Notes: a model not told the origin generated them from the letters alone. 64,000 nucleotides of DNA from Candidatus Sericytochromatia bacterium (GCA_036676985.1 JAKFBU010000073.1:64001-128000), one strand, 5' to 3'. Shown: positions 8,949-19,192, numbered from the stretch's first letter. Numbers and translations are program-made.

Positions 8949-11727
8949 GCCCATCCTCCCCCAGGTTGAAGTAGAAGGTCGCTCCCTTCTCCACGTCACC
9001 CTCGGCCCAGATCCTCCCGCCATGGCGGTGGATGATCCGCTGCACGGTCGCAAGCCCGATGCCCGTGCCCTGGAACTCGGAGTCGGAGTGGAGTCGGCTG
9101 AACGGCTTGAAGAGCTTGTCCGCATACCCCATGTCGAACCCCGCCCCGTCGTCGCGGACGAAGAAGTCCGACCTCCCCCCACCGAGGGTCCGACCGAATT
9201 CGATGCATGCATGCGGGTGCTTGCTCGTGAACTTCCATGCGTTGCCTAGCAGGTTCTCGAGCACCGACCGCAGGAGCCGGGGATCTCCGCAGGCCATGAG
9301 TCCAGGGGCGATGACGACGTCCACGTCGCGATCCGGGGCGCTCCGCCGCAGGTCTTGGACGATGTCCGCGGCGATGGCCCCCAGGTCCACCTCCCCGACG
9401 TGCAGCTCGCCCCGCGTGAGGCGAGACAGCTGAAGCATGTCGTCGATGAGCTCAGCCATGCGCTGGCTCGACATCCGCACCCGACGGAGGTAGTCCTTGC
9501 CGACGGCATCGAGCCGGTCGGCATAGTCCTCCAGGATGGCCAGGCTGAAGCCGTCGATGCTGCGCAACGGGGCGCGCAGGTCATGCGACACCGAGTAGCT
9601 GAAGGCTTCGAGCTCCTTGTTGGCGGCCTCCAGCTGGCTGGTCCGCTCGGCGACTCGCCGTTCGAGGTCGGAATTCAGTCGCCGGATCTCCGCCTCTACC
9701 CGCTTGTATTCGGTGATGTCCAGGCATGTGCCCTGCAGCTTGGAGGGGCGACCGGCTGCGTCGAGCGTGAGGCGTCCGGTCGAGGAGAGGATCCGACACT
9801 CGCCGTCCGGCCGGACGATGTGCTCCTCGAGGACGTACGGTTCATGACTCTCGAGCGTGCGCTCGACCGTGGCGCGCACCCGGTGCCGATCGTCCGGATG
9901 GATCTGCGCCAGGAAGGCCTCGAAGGTCGCCCCGAACGACTGCGGAGTCTGTCCGTAGATGCGGTAGAGCTCGTCGGACCACGTCACGCGGTTGGTCTTG
10001 AGGTCCCATTCCCAGTTGCCCATGTGGGCGAGGTGCTGAGCTTCGTTGAGCGTCTGCTGTCGCTCCCGCAGCTCCACTTCCACGCGCTTTCGCTCTTCGT
10101 CTTCGTCCTTGAGGGCCTCGTAGGCTTGGCGCAACTCGCGGGTCCGCTCGAGCACCCGCTCTTCCAGCTCGTCGCGCGCATGCCGTAGGATGCGGTCCGC
10201 CTCCTTCCGCTGGGTGATGTCCTCGATGATGCCCAGGATGGCCGTCGGTCGGCCGTCGGGTCCCGGAATCGCGGCCACCGTCGAGCTGACCCAGATATAG
10301 GTCCCATCCTTGCGGCGGAAGCGCTTCTCCACCGAGAAGCAGTCCGATAGTCCTTCGACGAGCTCCCGCACGAGCCGCGCGCAGTAGTCGCGATCATCCG
10401 GATGCGTAAAATCGAGGTAGTTCTGCCCCCGCACCTCCTCTGGCGGGTAGCCCAGAATCGTGACGAGGGCCGGGTTGACCTCGACGAAGCGCCCCTGGGC
10501 GTCCGCCAGCCCCACCCCGATGCTCGCCCGTTCGAAGATGTTCCGGAACTTCTCCTCGCTACGTCGCAGCTCCGACTCGAACTGGTCCCGCAGGGTGAGA
10601 TCCCGCGTCACCATGCCGATGCCGACCAGCCGCCCCAGGGGATCCCGAACGGCGTTCAGCGAGAGCTCGGCCCAGAACCGGCTCCCGTCCTTCTTGACGT
10701 GGCACACCTCTTCGCGGGCATACCCACGCGTCCGCACCTGCTCCAGCAATCGCCGGGGCCGCCCGTCCCGGAGATCCTCCGGCGTGAAGAAGCAGGAGAA
10801 CGAGCGCCCGACGATCTCGGTATCCTGGTAGCCCTTGAGATGGGCCGCGCCCGCGTTCCAGCTCTGGATGCGACCCTCGGGGTCCGTGAGGTAGACGGCA
10901 TAGTCCGCCATGTTGCGGACCATGAGCTCGAACTGGGCTTGCAGCGACTTCTCGGCCGTCACGTCCGTGTTGCTGACCAGCACCGCGATCGGCTGCCCAT
11001 GGACGTCTCGCTTGAGGTCCCAGCGGCTCTCGAGGAGGAGCTTGCGACCGTCCTTGGTCGTTTGCACCAGCGTCCCCTTCCAGTGTCCCGACTCGAGCAG
11101 CTGGGCATGGATGCGGTCCATGGAGGGCGAGAAGATGGTCTTGAGGAGAACATGCGCCGGCCGTCCCTGGACCTCGTCTTTGCCCCAGCCGTACATGGTG
11201 ACCGCTCCCTGATTCCAGTAGCGAATGGCTCCGGTCGCGAAGTCCCGCACGTAGATGGCGTCGCGCGAGAGATCCAGCAGGTCGGCACGTTCCTGCACGG
11301 TCTCGGTGGCCAGGCGCTGTGCGGTCACGTCCTGCACCGTTCCGAGCAGGCGCTTGGGGTTGCCCCGCTCATCGGCGACGACCTTGCCGCGCACCCGGAC
11401 GTAGCGGACGGCGCCATCCGGGCGAACGATGCAGGTATCGTACGTGAAGGGGCCGTGCTGGCGCAGGACCCCCTCGATCGTGTCCCGGATCAGTGCCCGC
11501 TCGTCCGAGTGGACCTGCTCCATGAAGGCCTCGTAACTGGGCACGATCCCGTGGGGCCGGTGGCCGAGGATCCGGTAGAGCTCATCCGACCAGCACACCC
11601 GCCGCGTCGCGAGGTCCCAGTCCCAGCTGCCAAGCTGGACGAGCTGCTGAATCTCATCCAGTAGACTCGCTTGGAACTCGCATGCCATCGGATCGGGGCC
11701 TTTGGGTTTGAGCGCTCGTGCCGACAT
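8929..11727 (-). CDS. Cytoplasmic multi-PAS/PAC sensor histidine kinase
   Basis: About five PAS/PAC repeats (GSWDWD..WSDELYRI, YWNQGA, SWNAGA, THPDD); LEAFSYSVSHDLRAPLR H-box; NLLGNAWKFT; GTGIGLA. Start uncertain (11688, 11727 or 11763). Confidence 0.94.
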   Translation of the reverse strand: MSARALKPKGPDPMACEFQASLLDEIQQLVQLGSWDWDLATRRVCWSDELYRILGHRPHGIVPSYEAFMEQVHSDERALIRDTIEGVLRQHGPFTYDTCIVRPDGAVRYVRVRGKVVADERGNPKRLLGTVQDVTAQRLATETVQERADLLDLSRDAIYVRDFATGAIRYWNQGAVTMYGWGKDEVQGRPAHVLLKTIFSPSMDRIHAQLLESGHWKGTLVQTTKDGRKLLLESRWDLKRDVHGQPIAVLVSNTDVTAEKSLQAQFELMVRNMADYAVYLTDPEGRIQSWNAGAAHLKGYQDTEIVGRSFSCFFTPEDLRDGRPRRLLEQVRTRGYAREEVCHVKKDGSRFWAELSLNAVRDPLGRLVGIGMVTRDLTLRDQFESELRRSEEKFRNIFERASIGVGLADAQGRFVEVNPALVTILGYPPEEVRGQNYLDFTHPDDRDYCARLVRELVEGLSDCFSVEKRFRRKDGTYIWVSSTVAAIPGPDGRPTAILGIIEDITQRKEADRILRHARDELEERVLERTRELRQAYEALKDEDEERKRVEVELRERQQTLNEAQHLAHMGNWEWDLKTNRVTWSDELYRIYGQTPQSFGATFEAFLAQIHPDDRHRVRATVERTLESHEPYVLEEHIVRPDGECRILSSTGRLTLDAAGRPSKLQGTCLDITEYKRVEAEIRRLNSDLERRVAERTSQLEAANKELEAFSYSVSHDLRAPLRSIDGFSLAILEDYADRLDAVGKDYLRRVRMSSQRMAELIDDMLQLSRLTRGELHVGEVDLGAIAADIVQDLRRSAPDRDVDVVIAPGLMACGDPRLLRSVLENLLGNAWKFTSKHPHACIEFGRTLGGGRSDFFVRDDGAGFDMGYADKLFKPFSRLHSDSEFQGTGIGLATVQRIIHRHGGRIWAEGDVEKGATFYFNLGEDGHGNYHS

Positions 11728-12014
11728 CGGATCCGCCTCTCTGGTGGCCGGCATGCGCGGCATGAAGGATGCCTCGCACCCTGTTCAGTTTGGCACGTTC
11801 GATCCGATTGACAATGGACCTTCGGCCCTTCAGGGCAACGGACGGATGCTTGATGTTTGGCGCCACACGACTCGTGACGAGCGGAATGAGACGCAACAGC
11901 CGCCTCGGCACGGCGAGGAAGCAGAGATCAGGGGGTTCCCGTGGTCTGAAACGACCAACCACGGTCGTTCTCGGCAGATCGAGACAGCGACCGTCCCGTG
12001 AGAGGTAGGCGTCG

Positions 12015-12305
12015 TTGTCTGCCATTCGGCAGCACTGGTTTTCCCCGGGGGTATGCGGGCTGTTGTCCGCTCTCCTCTGCGCGTCGCCCGCCTGCGCCCA
12101 GCTGACGTCGGTCGAGGCGCCGCCGATCAAGTCATCGCCGGCCGTGCCGGAGTTGTCGCGCATCGGCGCACGCGCTGGGGCGACACCACGGATCGCGATC
12201 TCATCGTCGTCATCGAGGAAGATCCCTGGTGCAGTGGGAGCGGCAGCGCCAAGGGCCGGCGCAGATCAGCGCTACAAGTTCTACCGTCGAAACAAGCCGG
12301 TCTGA
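12015..12305 (+). pseudogene. Internally deleted, frameshifted paralogue of the 6095..7303 gene
   Basis: Same AGGTAGG leader; N-terminus aligns (MSAIRQHW..LLSALL..AQLTSVEA..PELSRIG vs MSSVRRPW..LLSAVL..AQATSTEA..PELPGIG), then jumps to C-terminal blocks WGDTTD..VIEEDPW, WERQRQGPAQIS and RYKFYR in shifting frames. Confidence 0.85.
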
Positions 12306-12395
12306 AGGTCCGAGGCCGTCATGGCCAGTTGGTAGGGCTTGACCACGGCATAGGCCCGGAGCGCGTTCCACTTGCCGGCGGCAAGCGCGCGGATG

Positions 12396-12890
12396 TCAGC
12401 GAGCGCCCGGCTTGCCGCGCGGATCGTCGGCGGGATTCACGTACCGAATCTCCCAGGGCCCCGTGCCGTGCAGCTGGATGATCGCCTCGCCCTTGACCGT
12501 GGCAAAGTGAAGGTGCCCCTTCGGGATCTGGGCGTAAGAGCCCGGCGGCATGGCGCGAAGGAGCTTCGCGTCGAACCGATCGCCATGCCCCAGCTGAAAC
12601 GTGCCCTCGAGCACGGTGATGCGCTCCTCGCTCTGATGCCAGTGGGGCGGGATGCGGTAGCCCGCCGGCAGCTTGAGCCGAAGCGTGAATGGCCCCGGCT
12701 TGGAGGGGTCGCCTTCGAGCACGGCCCACATGGCTCCCGCGGGAAGGGCCTGCGGTCCCTGGGCCCACCGCACCTCGGACGGCACGAAGACGCTCATTCC
12801 CGTCGTGGGGCTTGGGCTCGCGGCGCTGAAGGCCGGAGTAGCCATCCCCACGAAGGCGAGCCCGGCGAACACAAACGACCTGGCATTCAT
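12396..12890 (-). CDS. Exported cupin-domain protein (DUF4437-like)
   Basis: Signal peptide; GDPSKPGPFTLRLKLPAGYRIPPHWH..E.ITVLEG cupin motif; second His motif GHLHFA. Confidence 0.88.
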   Translation of the reverse strand: MNARSFVFAGLAFVGMATPAFSAASPSPTTGMSVFVPSEVRWAQGPQALPAGAMWAVLEGDPSKPGPFTLRLKLPAGYRIPPHWHQSEERITVLEGTFQLGHGDRFDAKLLRAMPPGSYAQIPKGHLHFATVKGEAIIQLHGTGPWEIRYVNPADDPRGKPGAR

Positions 12891-13024
12891 CTCGTCACCT
12901 CACCATCTCGACGGTCGGCCCGACCTTACCATCCCGCGGCGGATTCGTGGTCGGCAACTTGGATGAATTCCCCGACGTGGCCCCGTCGAGGAAGGGGCTT
13001 CCCTTTTAGGTCGTTCCCTTGATA

Positions 13025-13043
13025 ATATATCGAAGCGATATAT
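13025..13043. promoter_or_regulatory. Palindromic operator, probably bound by the operon's PadR regulator
   Basis: Perfect AT-rich inverted repeat ATATATCG-aag-CGATATAT overlapping a GATAAT -10-like box, 20 nt upstream of the hydrolase-padR operon. Confidence 0.7.
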
Positions 13044-13063
13044 GCACCCGGAAGGAGCAGCCC

Positions 13064-14347
13064 ATGCCGACCTCGTCGCCCCCCATCCCCCGCCCCTGGT
13101 CTCGCAGGCTCTTCGGAGCCGGCGGCCTGGTGACCGCTCTGCTGACGACGCTTTCGGGCTGCTTTCCCACCCTCGAGCTCCCGGTCCCCGAGCCCACGGG
13201 CACCTACCCGGTCGGCTTGACCCAGCAGTTTCTCCCCGAGTCTGCCGGGCGGGGCCTCACCCTAGACATCTGGTACCCGGCGAGCGAGACGAAGGGCCAT
13301 CCAAGAGCCCCCTACACGGAAAACGCCCTCAACGACATCCTGAGCAAGGTCTATGGCTTGCCGCGCTTCCTTTACAAGGAAGTGCCTTCCCATGCCCACC
13401 TTGATGCCCCCCCGGCACCGGGCCACCACCCGGTCGTGGTCTTCAACCACGGCTTCGCCTCCTTCACCAAGCAGAACTTCTCGACCTTCCAGGAGCTCGC
13501 AAGCCATGGGTTCGTCGTCATCTCGGTGGCGCACCCCGGAGAGTCCCTGACCGCCCGGGATAGCGAGGGCAAGGTCATTCCCTTCGACACCGAGCGCGAC
13601 ACCTACCGCGAGGTTCAGAAGATTCAGAAGGCGATGGGGGCCTATGCCGCCAAGCTCGCTCCGGTGCTCGACAAGCAGCGGCAGGCCATGACTCCGGAGG
13701 CCTTCGCCCAGGCCGCCGTGGAGCTGGGTCAGGACCCCCAGTACGCCTTGTTGAAGCCTCAGCTCGCGCGCTGGGTCCAGGACACCCGGACCGTGATCGC
13801 CGCCCTCCAGTCGCCCCAGCGCGAGGGGATCCTCGAGCGGACAGATCCCGGCAACCTCACGGTCATGGGGCACTCCCTTGGCGGGGCGGTCGCCATGCAC
13901 CTGGCCACCCAGCCTTTGCAGGGTCTGCGTGGCATCGTCAACCTCGACGGGCCATGGTTCCAGGATGACGCCTCCCAGCTCACGCCGATCGTCGTGCCCG
14001 CGCTGAACCTGGTATCCACTCACAGCCCGCTGGACAAGCATGATCTGTCCCTCAGGGGAGCGCTGCTCGGGCTTTACCGCGGTGGCCGAGCGGTCGCCCA
14101 CGTCATCGAGGTGAAGGGCGCGGCCCACTATAACTTCACGGACCTCAACTTCGTCCCGGCCCTGAAGTTCACGCCGATGCTCGGCCCGGTGCGGTCCGAG
14201 CTCGTGACTGCCACGCAGACCGGGGCCATCATGGAGTTCCTGCGCCGGACCACCCGTGTCGGCGGGGCGCCCCTCGTGGCACCGCTCTTGCCATCGCAGG
14301 CCGGCTTGAACCAGCTTGTCTTTCCTGGAGAGCGGAAGGAGTCTTGA
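13064..14347 (+). CDS. Alpha/beta hydrolase lipoprotein (PAF-acetylhydrolase/dienelactone hydrolase-like)
   Basis: AAGGAG RBS; lipobox LSGC; PTGTYPVG, DIWYPA, VVFNHGF, nucleophile GHSLGG, NLDG, GAAHYNFTD. Confidence 0.9.
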   Translation: MPTSSPPIPRPWSRRLFGAGGLVTALLTTLSGCFPTLELPVPEPTGTYPVGLTQQFLPESAGRGLTLDIWYPASETKGHPRAPYTENALNDILSKVYGLPRFLYKEVPSHAHLDAPPAPGHHPVVVFNHGFASFTKQNFSTFQELASHGFVVISVAHPGESLTARDSEGKVIPFDTERDTYREVQKIQKAMGAYAAKLAPVLDKQRQAMTPEAFAQAAVELGQDPQYALLKPQLARWVQDTRTVIAALQSPQREGILERTDPGNLTVMGHSLGGAVAMHLATQPLQGLRGIVNLDGPWFQDDASQLTPIVVPALNLVSTHSPLDKHDLSLRGALLGLYRGGRAVAHVIEVKGAAHYNFTDLNFVPALKFTPMLGPVRSELVTATQTGAIMEFLRRTTRVGGAPLVAPLLPSQAGLNQLVFPGERKES

Positions 14348-14351
14348 TCCG

Positions 14352-14903
14352 ATGATGGAGTACGCGGCCCTCGGGTTCCTCATGTACAGGCCGTTGTCGA
14401 TGTACGACCTCAAGAAGGCCATGGAGCGCTCGACCCAGCACTTCCTGAGTGCGTCGTTCGGGACGCTCCACCCCTTGCTCCAGAAGCTAGCCAAGCAAGG
14501 TCTCGTCACCTGCGAAGAACAGGTGGCCAACGGACGCAACAAGAAGGTTTTCACCATCACCCCGGCCGGCCGCTCGCACTTCGTCGCTTGGCTGGGCAGG
14601 GACGTCATGGCCGAGCGGGTCTCGGACCCGAGGCTGCTCCGGCTGTTCTTCCTCGGGCACCTGGAGGCGCCGGAGCGCACGGCGTTGCTCGCGAGGTTCC
14701 TCGATCAGATGGAGTCGGCAGCCCGGGAGCTGGAAGGCCTCAAGGCCCACGTGCAGCAGGCGACGGCTCCGCCGGGGTGGGAGGATCACCTGGCCTACCA
14801 GATGGCCACCCTGGAGTTCGGGATTGCTCACCACCGGTTCGTCAGGGACTGGTATCAGGCGAAACTCCAGTCGATGGCCGACTCGGGGCCCCCATCGACG
14901 TGA
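14352..14903 (+). CDS. PadR-family transcriptional regulator with C-terminal helical domain
   Basis: LGFL..PLSMYDLKK, SFGTLHPLLQKL and KKVFTITPAGR winged helix; C-terminal TLEFGI..H..W. Confidence 0.92.
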   Translation: MMEYAALGFLMYRPLSMYDLKKAMERSTQHFLSASFGTLHPLLQKLAKQGLVTCEEQVANGRNKKVFTITPAGRSHFVAWLGRDVMAERVSDPRLLRLFFLGHLEAPERTALLARFLDQMESAARELEGLKAHVQQATAPPGWEDHLAYQMATLEFGIAHHRFVRDWYQAKLQSMADSGPPST

Positions 14904-15057
14904 TGCGGCGGAGCGATCGCTCCGCGGGTCGAACCGCCGTGGCGCCAGGCTTCCCGCCACCCCGCCAGCTCATGGCCGGCGGGGTCCTGAAAGCCCGCTC
15001 GCTTGCGGTATCATGGGAGCTCGCATCGCTCCCCGTCGGACATCTCGAGGACTCTCC

Positions 15058-15906
15058 GTGGCCATCACGTCTCAATCGACCAACGAAGCCGCCGAGCGGC
15101 TGCTGGCACAGCTTTCGGTACCCAGGCGACCGAACCGGATCGTCTGCCTGACAGAAGAGACCGTCGAGGTGCTCTATCGGCTCGGCGCCGGTGATCTCGT
15201 CGCCGGCGTCTCGATCTACGCGCGCCGACCGGCCGAGGCCCGCCAGAAACCCCGCGTGTCCGCGTTCATCAAGGCCGACTTCGCCAAGATCGAGGCCCTG
15301 CAGCCCGACCTGGTGCTCTGCTTCTCCGATCTGCAGGCCGACATCGCCGCCGAGTGCGTCCGTCGGGGCCTCGAGGTGGTGGTCTTCAACCAGCGTTCGA
15401 TCTCCGAGATCCTCGGCGTGGTCCTGGCGCTCGGCGCCCTGGTGGGTCGCGAGTCGGCCGCCGCCGACCTGGCGGACGAGCTTCGCGCAGGCCTGCGCGC
15501 CGCGGCCATGCGTGCCGCGGCCTGGCCGCGGCGCCCGCGGGTCTACTTCGAGGAGTGGCCCGACCCGATGATCTCGGGCATCAAGTGGGTGAGCGAGATC
15601 CTCACCATCGCGGGCGGCGAGGACCTCTTCCCCGAGCTGAGCGAGGGCAAGCTCGCCAAGGAGCGGTTCGTCGAGCCCGCCGAGGTCGTCCGGCGCGCGC
15701 CGGAGCTCATCCTGGCCTCGTGGTGCGGAAAGCGGGTCAAGCGCGACGAGATCCTCGGCCGCACGGGCTGGGAATCGGTGCCCGCCATCCGGGCCGGCGA
15801 GGTGCACGAGGTCTCATCGACCCTCATCCTGCAGCCGGGCCCGGCCGCCCTCACGGACGGCCTCCAGGTGGTGCAACGGCACATCGAGCGGGTCGCCACC
15901 CGATAA
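15058..15906 (+). CDS. Cobalamin/Fe-siderophore ABC substrate-binding protein (BtuF-like)
   Basis: PNRIVCLTEETVEVLYRLG, LQPDLVLCFSDLQ, RVYFEEWPDP, ILQPGP; GTG start after GAGGA; no permease or ATPase gene adjacent. Confidence 0.85.
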   Translation: MAITSQSTNEAAERLLAQLSVPRRPNRIVCLTEETVEVLYRLGAGDLVAGVSIYARRPAEARQKPRVSAFIKADFAKIEALQPDLVLCFSDLQADIAAECVRRGLEVVVFNQRSISEILGVVLALGALVGRESAAADLADELRAGLRAAAMRAAAWPRRPRVYFEEWPDPMISGIKWVSEILTIAGGEDLFPELSEGKLAKERFVEPAEVVRRAPELILASWCGKRVKRDEILGRTGWESVPAIRAGEVHEVSSTLILQPGPAALTDGLQVVQRHIERVATR

Positions 15907-15976
15907 TCCCTCGCTCGTCCACGCGCCGGGCGTCGACGTACGGGAGCATGGCGCCGAGCGGCAATCGCCCGGCTGG

Positions 15977-16417
15977 CTAGGGTCGCTCCAGGAGCGCCTT
16001 CAGGGCCGCGAGATCCTTCTCGTTCGCCCGGCGCATCGCCGAGGCCATGAAGGGCGCGACGAGGCTCGAGAAGCCGCTCGGTTCCCCGTGGTTCCGCAGC
16101 GTCATGCGCGTGCGGCCCTCGTCCAGGCGCTCCCAGGTGTAGGTGGTCTCCATGGGAAAGGGCCCTTCCGACGTGCGCATGACGAGGCGCTCGCCCGGGA
16201 CGAGGTCGACGAACTCGTAGGTGTAGGCCAGACGCCGACCCAGGAAGTGGGCGACGAAAGCCACTTTGGAGCCGAGCTGCAGCGGCCTCGCGGTCTGCCA
16301 CTCCACCGACTTGATGTTGACGTACCACTTCGGGGCGTTGTCCGGGTCCGCGGCGAAGGCGGAAACCTCGCTCAAAGGGCGATGGATCGTGATTTCGGTC
16401 AGGACGTCGACGGCCAT
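15977..16417 (-). CDS. SRPBCC (START/Bet v1-like) family protein
   Basis: VDVLTEITIHRP..FAADPDNAPKWYVNI; GPFPMETTYTW; C-terminal helix RRANEKDLAALKALLE. Confidence 0.88.
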   Translation of the reverse strand: MAVDVLTEITIHRPLSEVSAFAADPDNAPKWYVNIKSVEWQTARPLQLGSKVAFVAHFLGRRLAYTYEFVDLVPGERLVMRTSEGPFPMETTYTWERLDEGRTRMTLRNHGEPSGFSSLVAPFMASAMRRANEKDLAALKALLERP

Positions 16418-16436
16418 CCGGCTCTCCTCTTCCTAA

Positions 16437-16808
16437 TCAGGCCTTCTTGGCCTTTTTGTCCTTCTTGGGCTTGGGCGGCAGGTTGCCGACCCACGAGAGC
16501 GATCGCATGACCCACGCATGGGCCTCGGTGGGCGTCTCCCGCCACTCCTCGGGCAAGAGCACGTACTCCTTCATCGGACGGCCGGCCATGGGCTCGAAGA
16601 CGGAGGTGCCAGTCCGGGCGATGAGCTCGCTCCGGTCCGGCTCGGTCAAGCGCAAGAAGACGTGATCGCCGAACACGCCCATGAACATGTGCTCATCGAC
16701 GAAGGCGGCCAGGTTGCCGAACATGGGCTTGACCGAGACGCGGGCATCAGGCGGAAGCCAGGCGTCGAAGGCCTCCTTGGCCTCGGGGGTGGGCTTGGGA
16801 AAGGACAT
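16437..16808 (-). CDS. TfoX/Sxy N-terminal domain protein
   Basis: KPMFG..AAFV..MFMG, FEPMAGRPMKEYV, Lys-rich LPPKPKK tail. Confidence 0.85.
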   Translation of the reverse strand: MSFPKPTPEAKEAFDAWLPPDARVSVKPMFGNLAAFVDEHMFMGVFGDHVFLRLTEPDRSELIARTGTSVFEPMAGRPMKEYVLLPEEWRETPTEAHAWVMRSLSWVGNLPPKPKKDKKAKKA

Positions 16809-16847
16809 GGAACCTCGCTTACAGTCAAAAGGGTCTCGATGGGGACG

Positions 16848-17216
16848 TTAGCTCTCCGCGCAGGTCTTCTTGGCTTCGGCGGCCGCCTTCAGGAGGACCT
16901 TCAGGTGGTCGATCGGAAACGGCGTGGTCTTCTTGAACCGCAGGCAGCTCTTGCCGACGTCGATGCCGGCCAGGAGCTCATGATGGGCGGCTACGACCGA
17001 CGTGGGCATGACGTAGAAGCTCACGTACTGCTTCTGGGCGGCGATCGCACACAGGTCGCCCGCGTGCTCGTAGGAGATCATCCCCCACTTGATGCCCTCA
17101 ACGGCATCCGGCACTACTTCTGCGACCATCCGGCGCAGCGTCTGGACCTTGTCCAGCTGCCAGCCGTCAAGGGCCTCGACGTACTCCAGCGGCGTTGCGA
17201 CGGCTCGTTGCACCAT
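16848..17216 (-). CDS. DUF1801 (YdhG-like) domain protein
   Basis: AAGGAGG RBS before MVQRAV; EGIKWGMISY, AAQKQYVSFY, GKSCLRFK. Confidence 0.85.
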   Translation of the reverse strand: MVQRAVATPLEYVEALDGWQLDKVQTLRRMVAEVVPDAVEGIKWGMISYEHAGDLCAIAAQKQYVSFYVMPTSVVAAHHELLAGIDVGKSCLRFKKTTPFPIDHLKVLLKAAAEAKKTCAES

Positions 17217-17272
17217 GGCTCCTCCTTGCTCGACGGGTCCTCGGCCCATTCTAGCCGGCGGCCCTTGGGCGC

Positions 17273-18262
17273 TCAAGCCTCGAGGAACGCCTCGGCGACG
17301 ATCTCGACCGATCGAAGGCGCGCCCGATGGTCGTAGACGTGTGACGTGAGGATGAGCTCGTCGGCACCCGTCTGAGCCACGAGGGCCTCCAGGCCGGACC
17401 GAACCGTCTGCGCCGTGCCGATGATCGAGACCGCGAGCGGCGTTGCCGCCAGCACCTCGGCCCTGTCTGCCGGCGCCACGTAGGGCACCTCGATGGGCGG
17501 CGGCAGCTTGCCGGGGCGCCCGAGGCGGAGCTGCGCGAAGCTCTGCTGGATGGAGGTGGAGAGGCGCCAGGCCTCCGCGTCGTCGTCGGCCGCAAAGACG
17601 TTGGCCGCGACCATGACCCGGGGGCTCTCCAGCCACCCGGAGGGACGGAATTCGGCCCGATAGATCCTCAGGGCGGCCATCAGGTAGTCCGGGGCGAAGT
17701 GCGAGGCGAAGGCGTACGGCACCCCCAGCTGAGCCGCCAGGTGCGCGCTGAAGAGGATCGAGCCCAGAAGCCAAACGGGCACGTTCGTGCCCTCGCCCGG
17801 AATGGCCCGGACCGGCTGCCCAGGCTCCGACGGGCCGAAGTAGGTCAACAGCTCCACGACGTCCTGCGGGAAGTCGTCGGATCGTCCGCCTTGGTTGCGG
17901 CGCAAGGCGCGCGCCGTCGGTTGGTCGGTGCCCGGCGCGCGCCCCAGGCCCAGGTCGATGCGATCGGGGTAGAGGGTCGCGAGCGTTCCGAATTGCTCGG
18001 CGATGACGAGGGGCGAGTGGTTCGGCAGCATGATGCCGCCCGCCCCGACCCGGATGGTCGAAGTGCCGCCCGCCAGATAGCCGATCACCACAGAGGTCGC
18101 GGCGCTCGCGATGCCCGGCATGTTGTGGTGCTCGGCCACCCAGTAGCGGTGAAAGCCCCAGCGCTCGGCGTGCCGGGCCAGATCGAGCGAGTTGTGCAGC
18201 GACTGGGCCGCCGTGCCGCCTTGCACGATGGGGGACAGATCCAGGAGGGACAGGGGGACCAT
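17273..18262 (-). CDS. Luciferase-like monooxygenase (LLM class flavin-dependent oxidoreductase)
   Basis: [55 protein letters not shown]. Confidence 0.93.
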   Translation of the reverse strand: MVPLSLLDLSPIVQGGTAAQSLHNSLDLARHAERWGFHRYWVAEHHNMPGIASAATSVVIGYLAGGTSTIRVGAGGIMLPNHSPLVIAEQFGTLATLYPDRIDLGLGRAPGTDQPTARALRRNQGGRSDDFPQDVVELLTYFGPSEPGQPVRAIPGEGTNVPVWLLGSILFSAHLAAQLGVPYAFASHFAPDYLMAALRIYRAEFRPSGWLESPRVMVAANVFAADDDAEAWRLSTSIQQSFAQLRLGRPGKLPPPIEVPYVAPADRAEVLAATPLAVSIIGTAQTVRSGLEALVAQTGADELILTSHVYDHRARLRSVEIVAEAFLEA

Positions 18263-18440
18263 GGAGACCTGCTTTCGAGCGTGTGGCGCACCTCCCGCTC
18301 GATCTACCACGGAGGTCGCGCGATGGCCAGGGCCGCACGTTAGGACCGGGGCCAAGGGCCGCACTAGCACCCTTCGAGCCGTTAGGCCGCCTGCCGTGGT
18401 ATAAGTACACCCGCCTTCCCTGCACCTCCCAGGAGACCCA

Positions 18441-19079
18441 ATGACCGCCATCGCGCTCGACGAGTTCCACCGGCAAGTCGACACCCTGATCCGCCTGGGC
18501 TATGCCGAGGCGGCCGGCTTACCGGCCGAAGCCTTCCGGGACCTCCTCGCTCCGCTCGAGGCACGGGTGACGGGACTCGGCCCCTTGCCCCAGCTCGAGG
18601 AGGGGCGGGCGCCCTTCGTCATCGTCGTCCGCGGCGACCTCGTCCCGCTCGACGCCGCCATGGCCCGCACCCGCCTGAAGGACCATGCGGGCTTCATTGA
18701 CTTCAAGCCGGGCGGGCTGGAGACGTTCCGGCCCCTCGACATCCTGGAGGCGCCGGACGAGCCCGTCTACCTGGTCTTCGACCTCGACACGGGCGCGGAG
18801 TTCCGGAACGTCACGCCGGACGACGCCCTGGAGGTCATCCGGGACCGGCGCCGCACTCCCTTGACCCTCGAAGAGGGAATCGCCCTCATCACCCAGTTTC
18901 CGGCGACGCTCCGCAAGAACCACTGTTTCTCGCTGGCGGGCTCGCGGTGCGGCGATCGCCGCGTCCCGGCCCTCTGGATCAGCAAGGCGAGCCCGAAACT
19001 CGGCTGGTGCTGGGCCGGAAATCCGCACACCTGGCTCGGGACGGCCTCCGCCGGCGGCAGGGCCGGCCGGGTGCGCTGA
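18441..19079 (+). CDS. DUF5701-like family protein
   Basis: AGGAG RBS; [26 protein letters not shown] and [16 protein letters not shown] motifs. Confidence 0.75.
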   Translation: MTAIALDEFHRQVDTLIRLGYAEAAGLPAEAFRDLLAPLEARVTGLGPLPQLEEGRAPFVIVVRGDLVPLDAAMARTRLKDHAGFIDFKPGGLETFRPLDILEAPDEPVYLVFDLDTGAEFRNVTPDDALEVIRDRRRTPLTLEEGIALITQFPATLRKNHCFSLAGSRCGDRRVPALWISKASPKLGWCWAGNPHTWLGTASAGGRAGRVR

Positions 19080-19192
19080 CGCCCCCGGGACGCGGCGCAA
19101 CCGCGGGTTTCGATCGCCCCCCGACGGGACTATGATGGGGTAGGGTCGGTGTGCGCCGCCCCCGACCGGCGATCGTCCAGGAACGGTGTTCG

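Noticed and set aside
8490-9212. Extended response regulator or possible frameshift fusion with the kinase
   Set aside because: Ordinary short overlap of coupled genes; the RBS and ATG at 8948 explain it.
14904-15057. Possible cobalamin riboswitch upstream of the BtuF-like gene
   Set aside because: Only short GC hairpins; no recognisable B12-box or conserved core.
16848-18476. Apparent 542-aa protein ending in a DUF1801 domain
   Set aside because: Only the last 122 aa are real (own RBS at about 17220); the rest is an alternate frame over the LLM gene.
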